From contig NVXJ01000001.1 of assembly GCA_002733885.1 (NCBI GenBank), forward strand, positions 109,298 to 171,301: a stretch of 62,004 nt of DNA, read 5' to 3'. The first letter of the stretch is position 1; every line of letters starts with the position of its first letter. The stretch comes from Arcobacter sp. (GTDB lineage Bacteria; Campylobacterota; Campylobacteria; Campylobacterales; Sulfurimonadaceae). Positions 29,001-36,253 of this stretch are shown one piece after another. A program made the position numbers and the translations under genes. The notes below the pieces were generated by a model. That model did no database searches. It was given only the letters and a program-made list of their open reading frames with translations, and had not been told where the DNA came from.

Positions 29001-29368
29001 CTATAATCCTGTCTTAAGATCATAGTGTTTAAACAAGGGACTATTACATCTTTTATATTTACCTTATTTTGTATACAATCTGAAGTAGCAATAAGAATAT
29101 TATCTTGTTCAGAATACCGATGAAGTAATATCGAAAAACAAGTAAGCAAGTTCATCAACAATGTTGTGTCAAACTTCTTACTCAGTAAAGCGAGGTTAGC
29201 TGTCACTTCTTCATTTATTATAAAATCAATTGTTTGCATTTTTCCACTAGCTTTTAAAGGCCTCATGTAAGTTGTAGATAATTCTAGGACTTGACTTCCC
29301 TCTAATTGCTTTGTCCAATATAATAGTTTATCATTCTTTGAAGGTACACTTTTAGCTTTCATTAACAT
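26036..29368 (-). CDS. single-module nonribosomal peptide synthetase: C-domain remnant, adenylation, thiolation and thioesterase domains
   Basis: A-domain cores: [95 protein letters not shown]. Carrier: [29 protein letters not shown], DGEH. An AGGAGA RBS precedes ATG 29368. Confidence 0.93.
   Translation of the reverse strand: [1110 protein letters not shown]
26054..26776 (-). other. NRPS type-I thioesterase domain with Cys at the nucleophile position
   Basis: G944-Y-C946-M-G948: the tgc codon at 26531-26533 on the minus strand replaces the usual GxSxG serine. The GEH1084 His motif lies near the C-terminus (26117-26119). Confidence 0.8.
26804..27022 (-). other. NRPS peptidyl-carrier (thiolation) domain
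   Basis: GGHS motif with Ser818 encoded at 26915-26917 (tct on the minus strand). Confidence 0.85.
27044..28561 (-). other. NRPS adenylation domain, hand-derived specificity code DFWNIGMVHK (L-Thr type)
   Basis: See the motif list above. Code residues are D466, F467, W470, N509, I536, G538, M564, V572, H573, K762. Confidence 0.8.
28634..29368 (-). other. NRPS domain: C-terminal half of a condensation domain only (no HHxxxDG)
   Basis: aa 1 to about 245 begin at the ...[10 protein letters not shown]...L.....RP region that normally follows the catalytic His motif. No HHxxxDG appears anywhere in the protein, and only 21 nt separate the ORF from kdsA. Confidence 0.7.
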
Positions 29369-29389
29369 TATTCTCCTAGAGCTAAATTA

Positions 29390-30166
29390 TTATTTAATAG
29401 ACTCTAAAATTGCCTCAAAATCTTTAAGATAAACCATATTTGGTCCATCACTTAAGGCCTCTTCTGGATTTTCATGTACTTCAAAAAAGAAACCGTTTAC
29501 ACCAACAGTATTGGCAAGTTTTGCCATATAAGGAGCATACTCACGGTTTCCACCACTTGTACTTCCTCCCCCTGGTCTTTGTGTTGAATGTGTCACATCC
29601 ATCACGATAGGGTATCCAAACTCTTTCATATCAATGATCTGTCTAAAGTCAACTACTAAGTTTCCTAGACCAAACATAGAGCCACGTTCTGTTAACATGA
29701 TTTTATCATTTCCACTTTCTTTAACTTTTTGAGCAGGAAAGAACATGTCTTTACCATCAAGAAACTGTGCTTTTTTAATGTTAATGATTCTGTCTGTTTT
29801 AGCTGCCGCAACAAGTAAGTCTGTTTGTCTACATAAAAAAGCGGGGATTTGAAGTATATCAACTACTTCACCTACCATAGCTGCTTGAGAAGGCTCATGA
29901 ATGTCTGTGGTTAGTGGAAGTTCAAACTCTGTTTTAACCTTTTCTAAGATTCTTAAACCTTCTTCAATTCCTGGTCCACGGTATGAATTAACAGATGTTC
30001 TATTTGCCTTATCAAATGAAGCCTTGAAAATATAAGTAAAACCACAATCTTCTGTCATCTTTTTAATCTTTTCAGCAAGATTCATTATCATTGACTCACT
30101 TTCGATAACACATGGTCCTGATAAAATAAATTTTTTCTCTTGTAAACTTTTATATAATTCTTCCAT
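29390..30166 (-). CDS. kdsA: 3-deoxy-8-phosphooctulonate (KDO-8-P) synthase
   Basis: FILSGPCVIESE...FKASFDKANRTS..YRGPG...DVTHS.QRPGG is the canonical KdsA. Confidence 0.93.
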   Translation of the reverse strand: MEELYKSLQEKKFILSGPCVIESESMIMNLAEKIKKMTEDCGFTYIFKASFDKANRTSVNSYRGPGIEEGLRILEKVKTEFELPLTTDIHEPSQAAMVGEVVDILQIPAFLCRQTDLLVAAAKTDRIINIKKAQFLDGKDMFFPAQKVKESGNDKIMLTERGSMFGLGNLVVDFRQIIDMKEFGYPIVMDVTHSTQRPGGGSTSGGNREYAPYMAKLANTVGVNGFFFEVHENPEEALSDGPNMVYLKDFEAILESIK

Positions 30167-30702
30167 TACATTTCCCCTTTAATTGCTTTTTGTATGATTT
30201 TTTCTAGCTTACCTTGTTCTTCAAGTATCATGTCACAAAGATCTCTCACTGCACCATCTCCACCCTTTGAAGCTAAAACAATATCAACATTTTCTTTTAT
30301 ATAATACCTCGCGTCAGCAGGACAAGCACTTAGCCCTACCCTACTTAAAACAGATAAATCGATAATATCATCGCCGATATAAGCTATCTCTTCATCAACT
30401 AAGTCAAACTGTTTTTTAAAGTTTTCATATTTTAAGAGTTTATTATTTACACCATGTTCATGAAAGTCTAACTTTAATTCTTCACAGCGTTTTTCAACCA
30501 CATCTGAGGCTCTGCCTGTGATAGCACCAACCACAAAACCGTTAAAACGTAAATGTGAAATAATTTGTCCGTCTTTTACATTAAAACGTTTATACTTTTG
30601 AAAATTGTTGTCATAAATAATCCCGCCATCTGTTAATACACCATCAACATCAAAGATAATACCTTTGATTTTTTTCGCTTGATTTTTTAAATTTGCATGC
30701 AT
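30166..30702 (-). CDS. kdsC: KDO-8-phosphate phosphatase (HAD-IIIA)
   Basis: IKGIIFDVDGVLTDGGIIY, ITGR, YIGDDIIDL. Confidence 0.9.
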   Translation of the reverse strand: MHANLKNQAKKIKGIIFDVDGVLTDGGIIYDNNFQKYKRFNVKDGQIISHLRFNGFVVGAITGRASDVVEKRCEELKLDFHEHGVNNKLLKYENFKKQFDLVDEEIAYIGDDIIDLSVLSRVGLSACPADARYYIKENVDIVLASKGGDGAVRDLCDMILEEQGKLEKIIQKAIKGEM

Positions 30703-30791
30703 TATTTACTCAAATCATAAATTTGTACAACACCAAGCAACTTAGAGTCTTGACTTACTAAAAGTGAATTTACTTTTTTATCTTCCATCAT
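30702..30791 (-). pseudogene. kdsD: displaced 3' end of kdsD (29 codons, out of frame with the gene body)
   Basis: MMEDKKVNSLLVSQDSKLLGVVQIYDLSK reads like the end of a CBS domain. Its TAA overlaps the kdsC ATG (TAATG). One extra A in the A5 run (T5 at 30791-30795 on the plus strand) would fuse it in frame to the kdsD body. Confidence 0.7.
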
Positions 30792-31648
30792 TTTTCGGCC
30801 TCAATTAACTTAGCCTTAGGTGATATAAACAAGGGAGAACTTGACATAAGGTCACTCACCTTAAGTGAAAAGAAGGCATCTTCGTTTTCTTCCATTGCTC
30901 GTCTTATATCACCATCTGCAATAACACCTTTAATTTCATCCTTATCTTGAACAACCGCTAAACCAAGTTTACCTGCAGTAATAACATGCACAACTTCTTT
31001 AATCGAAGTATTTTCAGCACATACAGGAAGCGCTTTATCTTGCATAATATTTTCAACCCTCATTAAAAGTCTTCTACCCAAACTACCGCCAGGGTGAAAT
31101 AGTGCAAAATTTTCTTCTTGAAAGTCTTTTATTTTCATTAAACATACAGCAAGAACATCTCCCATAACTAAACACGCCGTTGTTGAAGATGTTGGTGCTA
31201 ATTGTAAGGGGCAGGCTTCTTTTTCAACATGTGTATTTAAATGATATTTTGAGTTAAGTGCTAAACTTGATTTTGGATTTCCCGTCATTGAGACAATAAT
31301 ATTACCTTGAGATTGTAAAAAAGGGACTACCTTTAAAACTTCATCAGTTTCCCCTGAATTAGATATTAATAAAACAATATCTTCTTTTTCTATCATTCCA
31401 AGGTCACCATGATAAGCCTCCCCTGGATGTAAAAAGAAGCTAGGTGTTCCGGTACTTGCCAAGGTAGCCGCTATCTTTTTACCAATTAACCCTGACTTTC
31501 CCATACCACAGATAATAAACTTACCCTTAGACCCTGAAATATCATCTATACACTTTTCAAAATCATCTGTTAGGTATTTTTGCATATTAGCAATTTCTTT
31601 TGCTTCTACCGCTATAACTTCTTTAGCTATTTCTAAACTTTTACTCAT
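30788..31648 (-). CDS. kdsD: arabinose-5-phosphate isomerase (KdsD/KpsF family), apparently truncated by a 1-nt frameshift in the second CBS domain
   Basis: SIS domain GKFIICGMGKSGLIGKKIAATLASTGTPSFFLHP..A.HGDLG, then CBS repeats. The start is taken at ATG 31648 (MSKSLEI), 1 nt after the manC stop. The ORF stops at 30788, right after an A5 run. Confidence 0.85.
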   Translation of the reverse strand: MSKSLEIAKEVIAVEAKEIANMQKYLTDDFEKCIDDISGSKGKFIICGMGKSGLIGKKIAATLASTGTPSFFLHPGEAYHGDLGMIEKEDIVLLISNSGETDEVLKVVPFLQSQGNIIVSMTGNPKSSLALNSKYHLNTHVEKEACPLQLAPTSSTTACLVMGDVLAVCLMKIKDFQEENFALFHPGGSLGRRLLMRVENIMQDKALPVCAENTSIKEVVHVITAGKLGLAVVQDKDEIKGVIADGDIRRAMEENEDAFFSLKVSDLMSSSPLFISPKAKLIEAEK

Positions 31649-31649
31649 T

Positions 31650-33011
31650 TTAGACTCTTTTAAAATCATCTGATATTCTGACAATATCATCTTCACCAAG
31701 ATACTCACCTACCTGAGCTTCAATCATAACCAAAGGAATTTTTCCAACATTTTCTAAGCGGTGAATTTCTCCCATTGGGATATATGTTGACTCATTAGCA
31801 CGAACTAAAAATTCTTCTTCCCCACGCGTTACTGTCGCCGTTCCACTTACAACTATCCAATGTTCTGAACGATGAAAGTGTTTTTGTAAAGAAAGTCTTT
31901 TACCTGGATTTACTACAATGCGTTTAATCTTATACTTTTCACATTCGTCAAGTATGGTGTAAGTACCCCAAGGTCTATGTGCAGTTGTATGAATCTGAGG
32001 TAAATGTGAACCTTTCTCTTTTAACTGTTTTACTACTTCTTTGACCTTTTGCGAGCTGCCTTTTTTAGAAATAAGTAAGGCATCAACCGTATCAACAATA
32101 ATTAAATCTTCTACATCAATAGTTGCAATATTTTTAGTTGTTAAAATAAGGTTATTTTTCGAGTTTATACTGATATGCTTATCTTCTTGCGTATTTCCAT
32201 TTTTATCTTGAGGAAGTTCCTCATACAAGGCATCAAAGCTGCCTAAGTCACTCCAATCAATATCACTAGCAATAACCTTAACAATATCACTCTTTTCCAT
32301 TACCGCGTAGTCAATACTATCTTCTGAGATATTTTCCATATCTTCATGCGCAATTCTTATTAAATCGTCTTTATTCGCATTAGTATAGGCTGTTAAACAA
32401 GTATCATATATCTTTGGAGAATATTTTTTAAGTTCATTTAAAAAAACACCCGCTTTAAAACAAAACATTCCACTGTTCCAATAATAATTTCCTGCTTCAA
32501 GATATTGTGTAGCTGTTTGTAAGTCAGGTTTTTCTTTAAAAGACTTAACATCATTCCCCTCAGCCTCTATATAACCATATCCCGTTTCTGCAAAAAGGGG
32601 TTTAATACCAAAGGTAACAAGCTTATTATTTTCAGCTTCTTCTTTTGCCTTAAGTACTACTTCTTTATACGCTACTTCATTTTTAATTAAATGATCAGAT
32701 GGACTAACTAAAACAATTTCTTCTTTATCTAGACCAAGGCAAGCAAGAGCAATAGCAGGTGCAGTATTACGTCCAATAGGTTCTAATAAAAAAGTTGTTT
32801 TTTCTTTAGATTCCAGTTGATCCATCGCTAAAAAGTATTGTTCTGCATTAGAAACAATATATTGGTTTTCACAAAAGTGTGCGTTTCGTTTTACTGTTAA
32901 TTGAAAAAGGGACTTATCTTTAAAAAGCTTAACAAACTGCTTTGGCATTAAGGTTCTACTAATGGGCCAAAGGCGTGTACCATTACCCCCACATAAAATT
33001 AAGTTTGTCAT
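31650..33011 (-). CDS. manC: bifunctional mannose-1-phosphate guanylyltransferase / mannose-6-phosphate isomerase (type II PMI-GMP)
   Basis: LILCGGNGTRLWPISR at the N-terminus and a C-terminal cupin, RLSLQKHFHRSEHWIVVSGTA...IPMGEIHRLEN. The start is taken at MTNLIL (33011). Confidence 0.92.
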   Translation of the reverse strand: MTNLILCGGNGTRLWPISRTLMPKQFVKLFKDKSLFQLTVKRNAHFCENQYIVSNAEQYFLAMDQLESKEKTTFLLEPIGRNTAPAIALACLGLDKEEIVLVSPSDHLIKNEVAYKEVVLKAKEEAENNKLVTFGIKPLFAETGYGYIEAEGNDVKSFKEKPDLQTATQYLEAGNYYWNSGMFCFKAGVFLNELKKYSPKIYDTCLTAYTNANKDDLIRIAHEDMENISEDSIDYAVMEKSDIVKVIASDIDWSDLGSFDALYEELPQDKNGNTQEDKHISINSKNNLILTTKNIATIDVEDLIIVDTVDALLISKKGSSQKVKEVVKQLKEKGSHLPQIHTTAHRPWGTYTILDECEKYKIKRIVVNPGKRLSLQKHFHRSEHWIVVSGTATVTRGEEEFLVRANESTYIPMGEIHRLENVGKIPLVMIEAQVGEYLGEDDIVRISDDFKRV

Positions 33012-33128
33012 TTTACTTCCCCTACTTTTCATAAAATAGTTTTAAATATTTTGATGTAGCATATTAACATCCATCAATTTTTATACTCGCCATCTTATTA
33101 GGAGTAGCCTTTATATTTCAAAAATTAT

Positions 33129-34391
33129 TTACAATTTACCATCACTATATTCAAGGACTGACTTAATGTCATAAATTATTGTATCGTTACCATTTTTCAG
33201 TGCATCCATATCAATAGTTTTAAATTTATCATGTGAAACAGCAAGGACAACTGCATCATACTTCCCAGCTTTCATAGTAGCTTCGTCTATTAAGCCAAAA
33301 CCATATTCTCTTTGTACATCATCACTGTTAGCCCATGCATCATAAACAGACACATTACATTCGAAATCTTTTAGTTCATTAATTACATCAATTACACGTG
33401 AATTTCTAATATCTGGACAATTTTCTTTAAAGGTGATTCCAAGTACCAGAACATTCGATTTTTCAACTCTATGACCTTTTTTAATCATAAGCTTAATCAC
33501 TTGATTAGCCACATAAATACCCATGTTGTCATTAAGTCTACGACCTGCTAGAATAATTTCAGGGTTATAACCAATTTCTTGTGCCTTATGTGTAAGGTAA
33601 TAAGGGTCAACACCAATACAGTGTCCGCCAACAAGACCTGGCTTAAATTTCAAGAAGTTCCATTTTGTACCCGCTGCCTCTAAAACTGCATTTGTATCAA
33701 TACCTAATTTGTTAAAAATAATCGCTAATTCATTTACAAAAGCAATATTAATATCTCTTTGAGAATTTTCAATAACCTTAGCTGCTTCAGCAACTTTAAT
33801 ACTTGGTGCTAAATGTGTTCCTGCAGTAATAATACTTTTATAAAGGTTATCAACTTTTATAGCAATTTCTGGAGTTGAGCCCGCAGTTACTTTTAAAATT
33901 TTTGCAACTGTATGTTCTTTATCACCTGGATTGATACGTTCAGGTGAGTATCCACAAAAGAAATCCACATTAAATTTAAGGCCAGAAAATTTTTCTAAGA
34001 CTGGCACACAATCTTCTTCTGTTGCCCCAGGATAAACAGTTGACTCATAAATAACAATATCACCCTTATTTAGAACCTTCCCTATGCTCTCGCTCGCTTT
34101 AAATAAAGGAGTTAGATCTGGACGCTTATTTTTATCAATAGGCGTAGGTACCGTAACGATAAAGTAGTTACATGACTTTAAATCATCTAATTGATTTGTA
34201 TAAGACATCATAGGAGCATCTTTTAACTGTTCTTCATTCAACTCTAGCGTTCTATCATAACCTGAACGTAATTCATCAATACGCCATTGAGCGATATCAA
34301 AACCAACTGTTTCGTACTGTTTTGCAAATTCTACTGCTAAAGGTAAACCCACATATCCTAAACCAATTACTGCTATTTTAATTTGACTCAT
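33129..34391 (-). CDS. UDP-N-acetyl-hexosamine 6-dehydrogenase (WbpO/TviB/VipA type nucleotide-sugar dehydrogenase)
   Basis: [26 protein letters not shown]...[12 protein letters not shown] and [12 protein letters not shown]. Adjacent to its usual epimerase partner. Confidence 0.85.
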   Translation of the reverse strand: MSQIKIAVIGLGYVGLPLAVEFAKQYETVGFDIAQWRIDELRSGYDRTLELNEEQLKDAPMMSYTNQLDDLKSCNYFIVTVPTPIDKNKRPDLTPLFKASESIGKVLNKGDIVIYESTVYPGATEEDCVPVLEKFSGLKFNVDFFCGYSPERINPGDKEHTVAKILKVTAGSTPEIAIKVDNLYKSIITAGTHLAPSIKVAEAAKVIENSQRDINIAFVNELAIIFNKLGIDTNAVLEAAGTKWNFLKFKPGLVGGHCIGVDPYYLTHKAQEIGYNPEIILAGRRLNDNMGIYVANQVIKLMIKKGHRVEKSNVLVLGITFKENCPDIRNSRVIDVINELKDFECNVSVYDAWANSDDVQREYGFGLIDEATMKAGKYDAVVLAVSHDKFKTIDMDALKNGNDTIIYDIKSVLEYSDGKL

Positions 34392-35425
34392 TATTTTCCC
34401 TTAATATTTTGAATATACCAATTGATTGCTAGTTTCATACCTTCATCAATTGTTTGAGTTGGCTCATATCCAACAAGTTCTTGCGCCTTAGATATATTTG
34501 CATTAGAATGACGAATATCACCTTCTCTAAAATCTCTGTAAACTGCTTCTTTTTTACTAAAATCTTTAAGGTTATTTCTTAACTCTTTATTAATTAATTC
34601 ATACAATTCATTCAAAGTTGTTTGCCCACCAACAGCAACATTAAATGCTCCACCAAAAGCTTTTTCATTCTTAGTAGTTCCGGCTAACAAGTTCATTTGA
34701 ATAACATTATCTATATAACAAAAATCACGACTCGTTTCACCATCACCATTAATAAACACAGTTTCATCATCTAGTAAAGAACCCACCCACTTTGGAATAA
34801 CCGCTGCATAAGCACCATCTGGGTCTTGACGACGACCAAATACATTAAAATAACGTAAGCCTACACATTCCATTCCATAGGTTCGTGTAAAAACTCCCGC
34901 ATAAAGTTCATTTGTAAACTTCATTACTGCGTAAGGTGAAAGTAAGTTACCTGTGCGTTCTTCAACCTTTGGCAATTCAGCAGAATCTCCATATACAGAA
35001 CTTGAAGAAGCATAGATAAAGCGCTTAATGCCCTCGTTCTTAGCGGCTGTCAACATATTTAAAAAACCCGTTATATTTGACAGATTAGAAGTAATAGGGT
35101 CTGCAATAGAGCGAGGAACAGAGCCTAGAGCGGCTTGATGTAAAACTATATTTACACCATCACATGCTTTTTCACATACACTATAGTCACTAATATCACC
35201 TTCAATAAATTTTAAATTTTTATATTTATTTTCTCCAACACTTTGTTTTATCATGTCAAGGTTTTTTTGGTAGCCTGTAGAAAAATTATCTAAACCTACC
35301 ACATTTTGATTATGTTTAAGTAAAAACTCTGCTAAATTGGATCCTATAAAGCCTGCAATTCCTGTAATTAGCCAAGTTTTCTGTGTCGTTTTAAATTCAT
35401 TTATTAAGTCTGTGAATACACTCAT
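34391..35425 (-). CDS. UDP-HexNAc(A) C4-epimerase (WbpP/TviC/VipB type SDR)
   Basis: [59 protein letters not shown]. Confidence 0.85.
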   Translation of the reverse strand: MSVFTDLINEFKTTQKTWLITGIAGFIGSNLAEFLLKHNQNVVGLDNFSTGYQKNLDMIKQSVGENKYKNLKFIEGDISDYSVCEKACDGVNIVLHQAALGSVPRSIADPITSNLSNITGFLNMLTAAKNEGIKRFIYASSSSVYGDSAELPKVEERTGNLLSPYAVMKFTNELYAGVFTRTYGMECVGLRYFNVFGRRQDPDGAYAAVIPKWVGSLLDDETVFINGDGETSRDFCYIDNVIQMNLLAGTTKNEKAFGGAFNVAVGGQTTLNELYELINKELRNNLKDFSKKEAVYRDFREGDIRHSNANISKAQELVGYEPTQTIDEGMKLAINWYIQNIKGK

Positions 35426-35513
35426 TTCTTTTTATTCCCTAGGTTTTATATATTTATATAATAATTTTTATTATATAATGTTTTATATTAAACTACAGTA
35501 AACAGAATACAAT

Positions 35514-36245
35514 TCATAATGTTTTATTTAAAATCTTATTATTCCTAAATATCATTTCAACATGATTACTCACAATATTTTTTTTATAAGCATCTAAATT
35601 CTTTTGATGATGAATATCACTTCCTATAAAATCAACCATACCTTTTTGACCTAGCATTAATGATTTTTTCTGTGCTTCTTGTCCATAAAAGCCATTTAAT
35701 GAATTTACATTAATTTGAAAAAGCATTCCAAGTTTTTTTAAATTTCTAAAACAAGTCACATCTTTTAAAAATCTATATCTTTCAGGATGTGCTAAAACAG
35801 GCTTATATCCTTTTACAATTAAAGCTTTAACACACTTTTCTAAATTAACAGGACGAGTTGTATATGAAAACTCAAATAAAATATAATTTTCCCCAAAAGA
35901 CAATAATTCTTTTTTTTGTATTAAGTCAAAAAAATGTTCATCGCAATAATATTCAGCAGCTGCCTCAAGCTCAATGTCAATATTTTCAACCTTTAATATT
36001 GAACGTAACTCAAATAAACCATTTTTTATTGTTTTAATGTCATTGGGATAACGATGTGACATAATATGAGGTGTAGTAATTAGTTTTTTATATCCAAGAT
36101 TTTTCATTTGACGTATTAAAGTAAGAGACTCTTTTATGGACTCAGACCCATCATCAATATCGGGTATAAAATGGGAATGCAAGTCAATATTACTTTGCAA
36201 ACTATCTTTTCTTTTCAAGAGTCCATATTTAAAGAATTCAAACAC
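35514..36245 (-). CDS. PHP-family protein-tyrosine phosphatase (CpsB/CapC/YwqE type)
   Basis: DLHSHFIPDIDDGS, TPHI, AHPERY, GSDIHH metal-binding motifs. Confidence 0.88.
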   Translation of the reverse strand: MFEFFKYGLLKRKDSLQSNIDLHSHFIPDIDDGSESIKESLTLIRQMKNLGYKKLITTPHIMSHRYPNDIKTIKNGLFELRSILKVENIDIELEAAAEYYCDEHFFDLIQKKELLSFGENYILFEFSYTTRPVNLEKCVKALIVKGYKPVLAHPERYRFLKDVTCFRNLKKLGMLFQINVNSLNGFYGQEAQKKSLMLGQKGMVDFIGSDIHHQKNLDAYKKNIVSNHVEMIFRNNKILNKTL

Positions 36246-36253
36246 AATAAACC

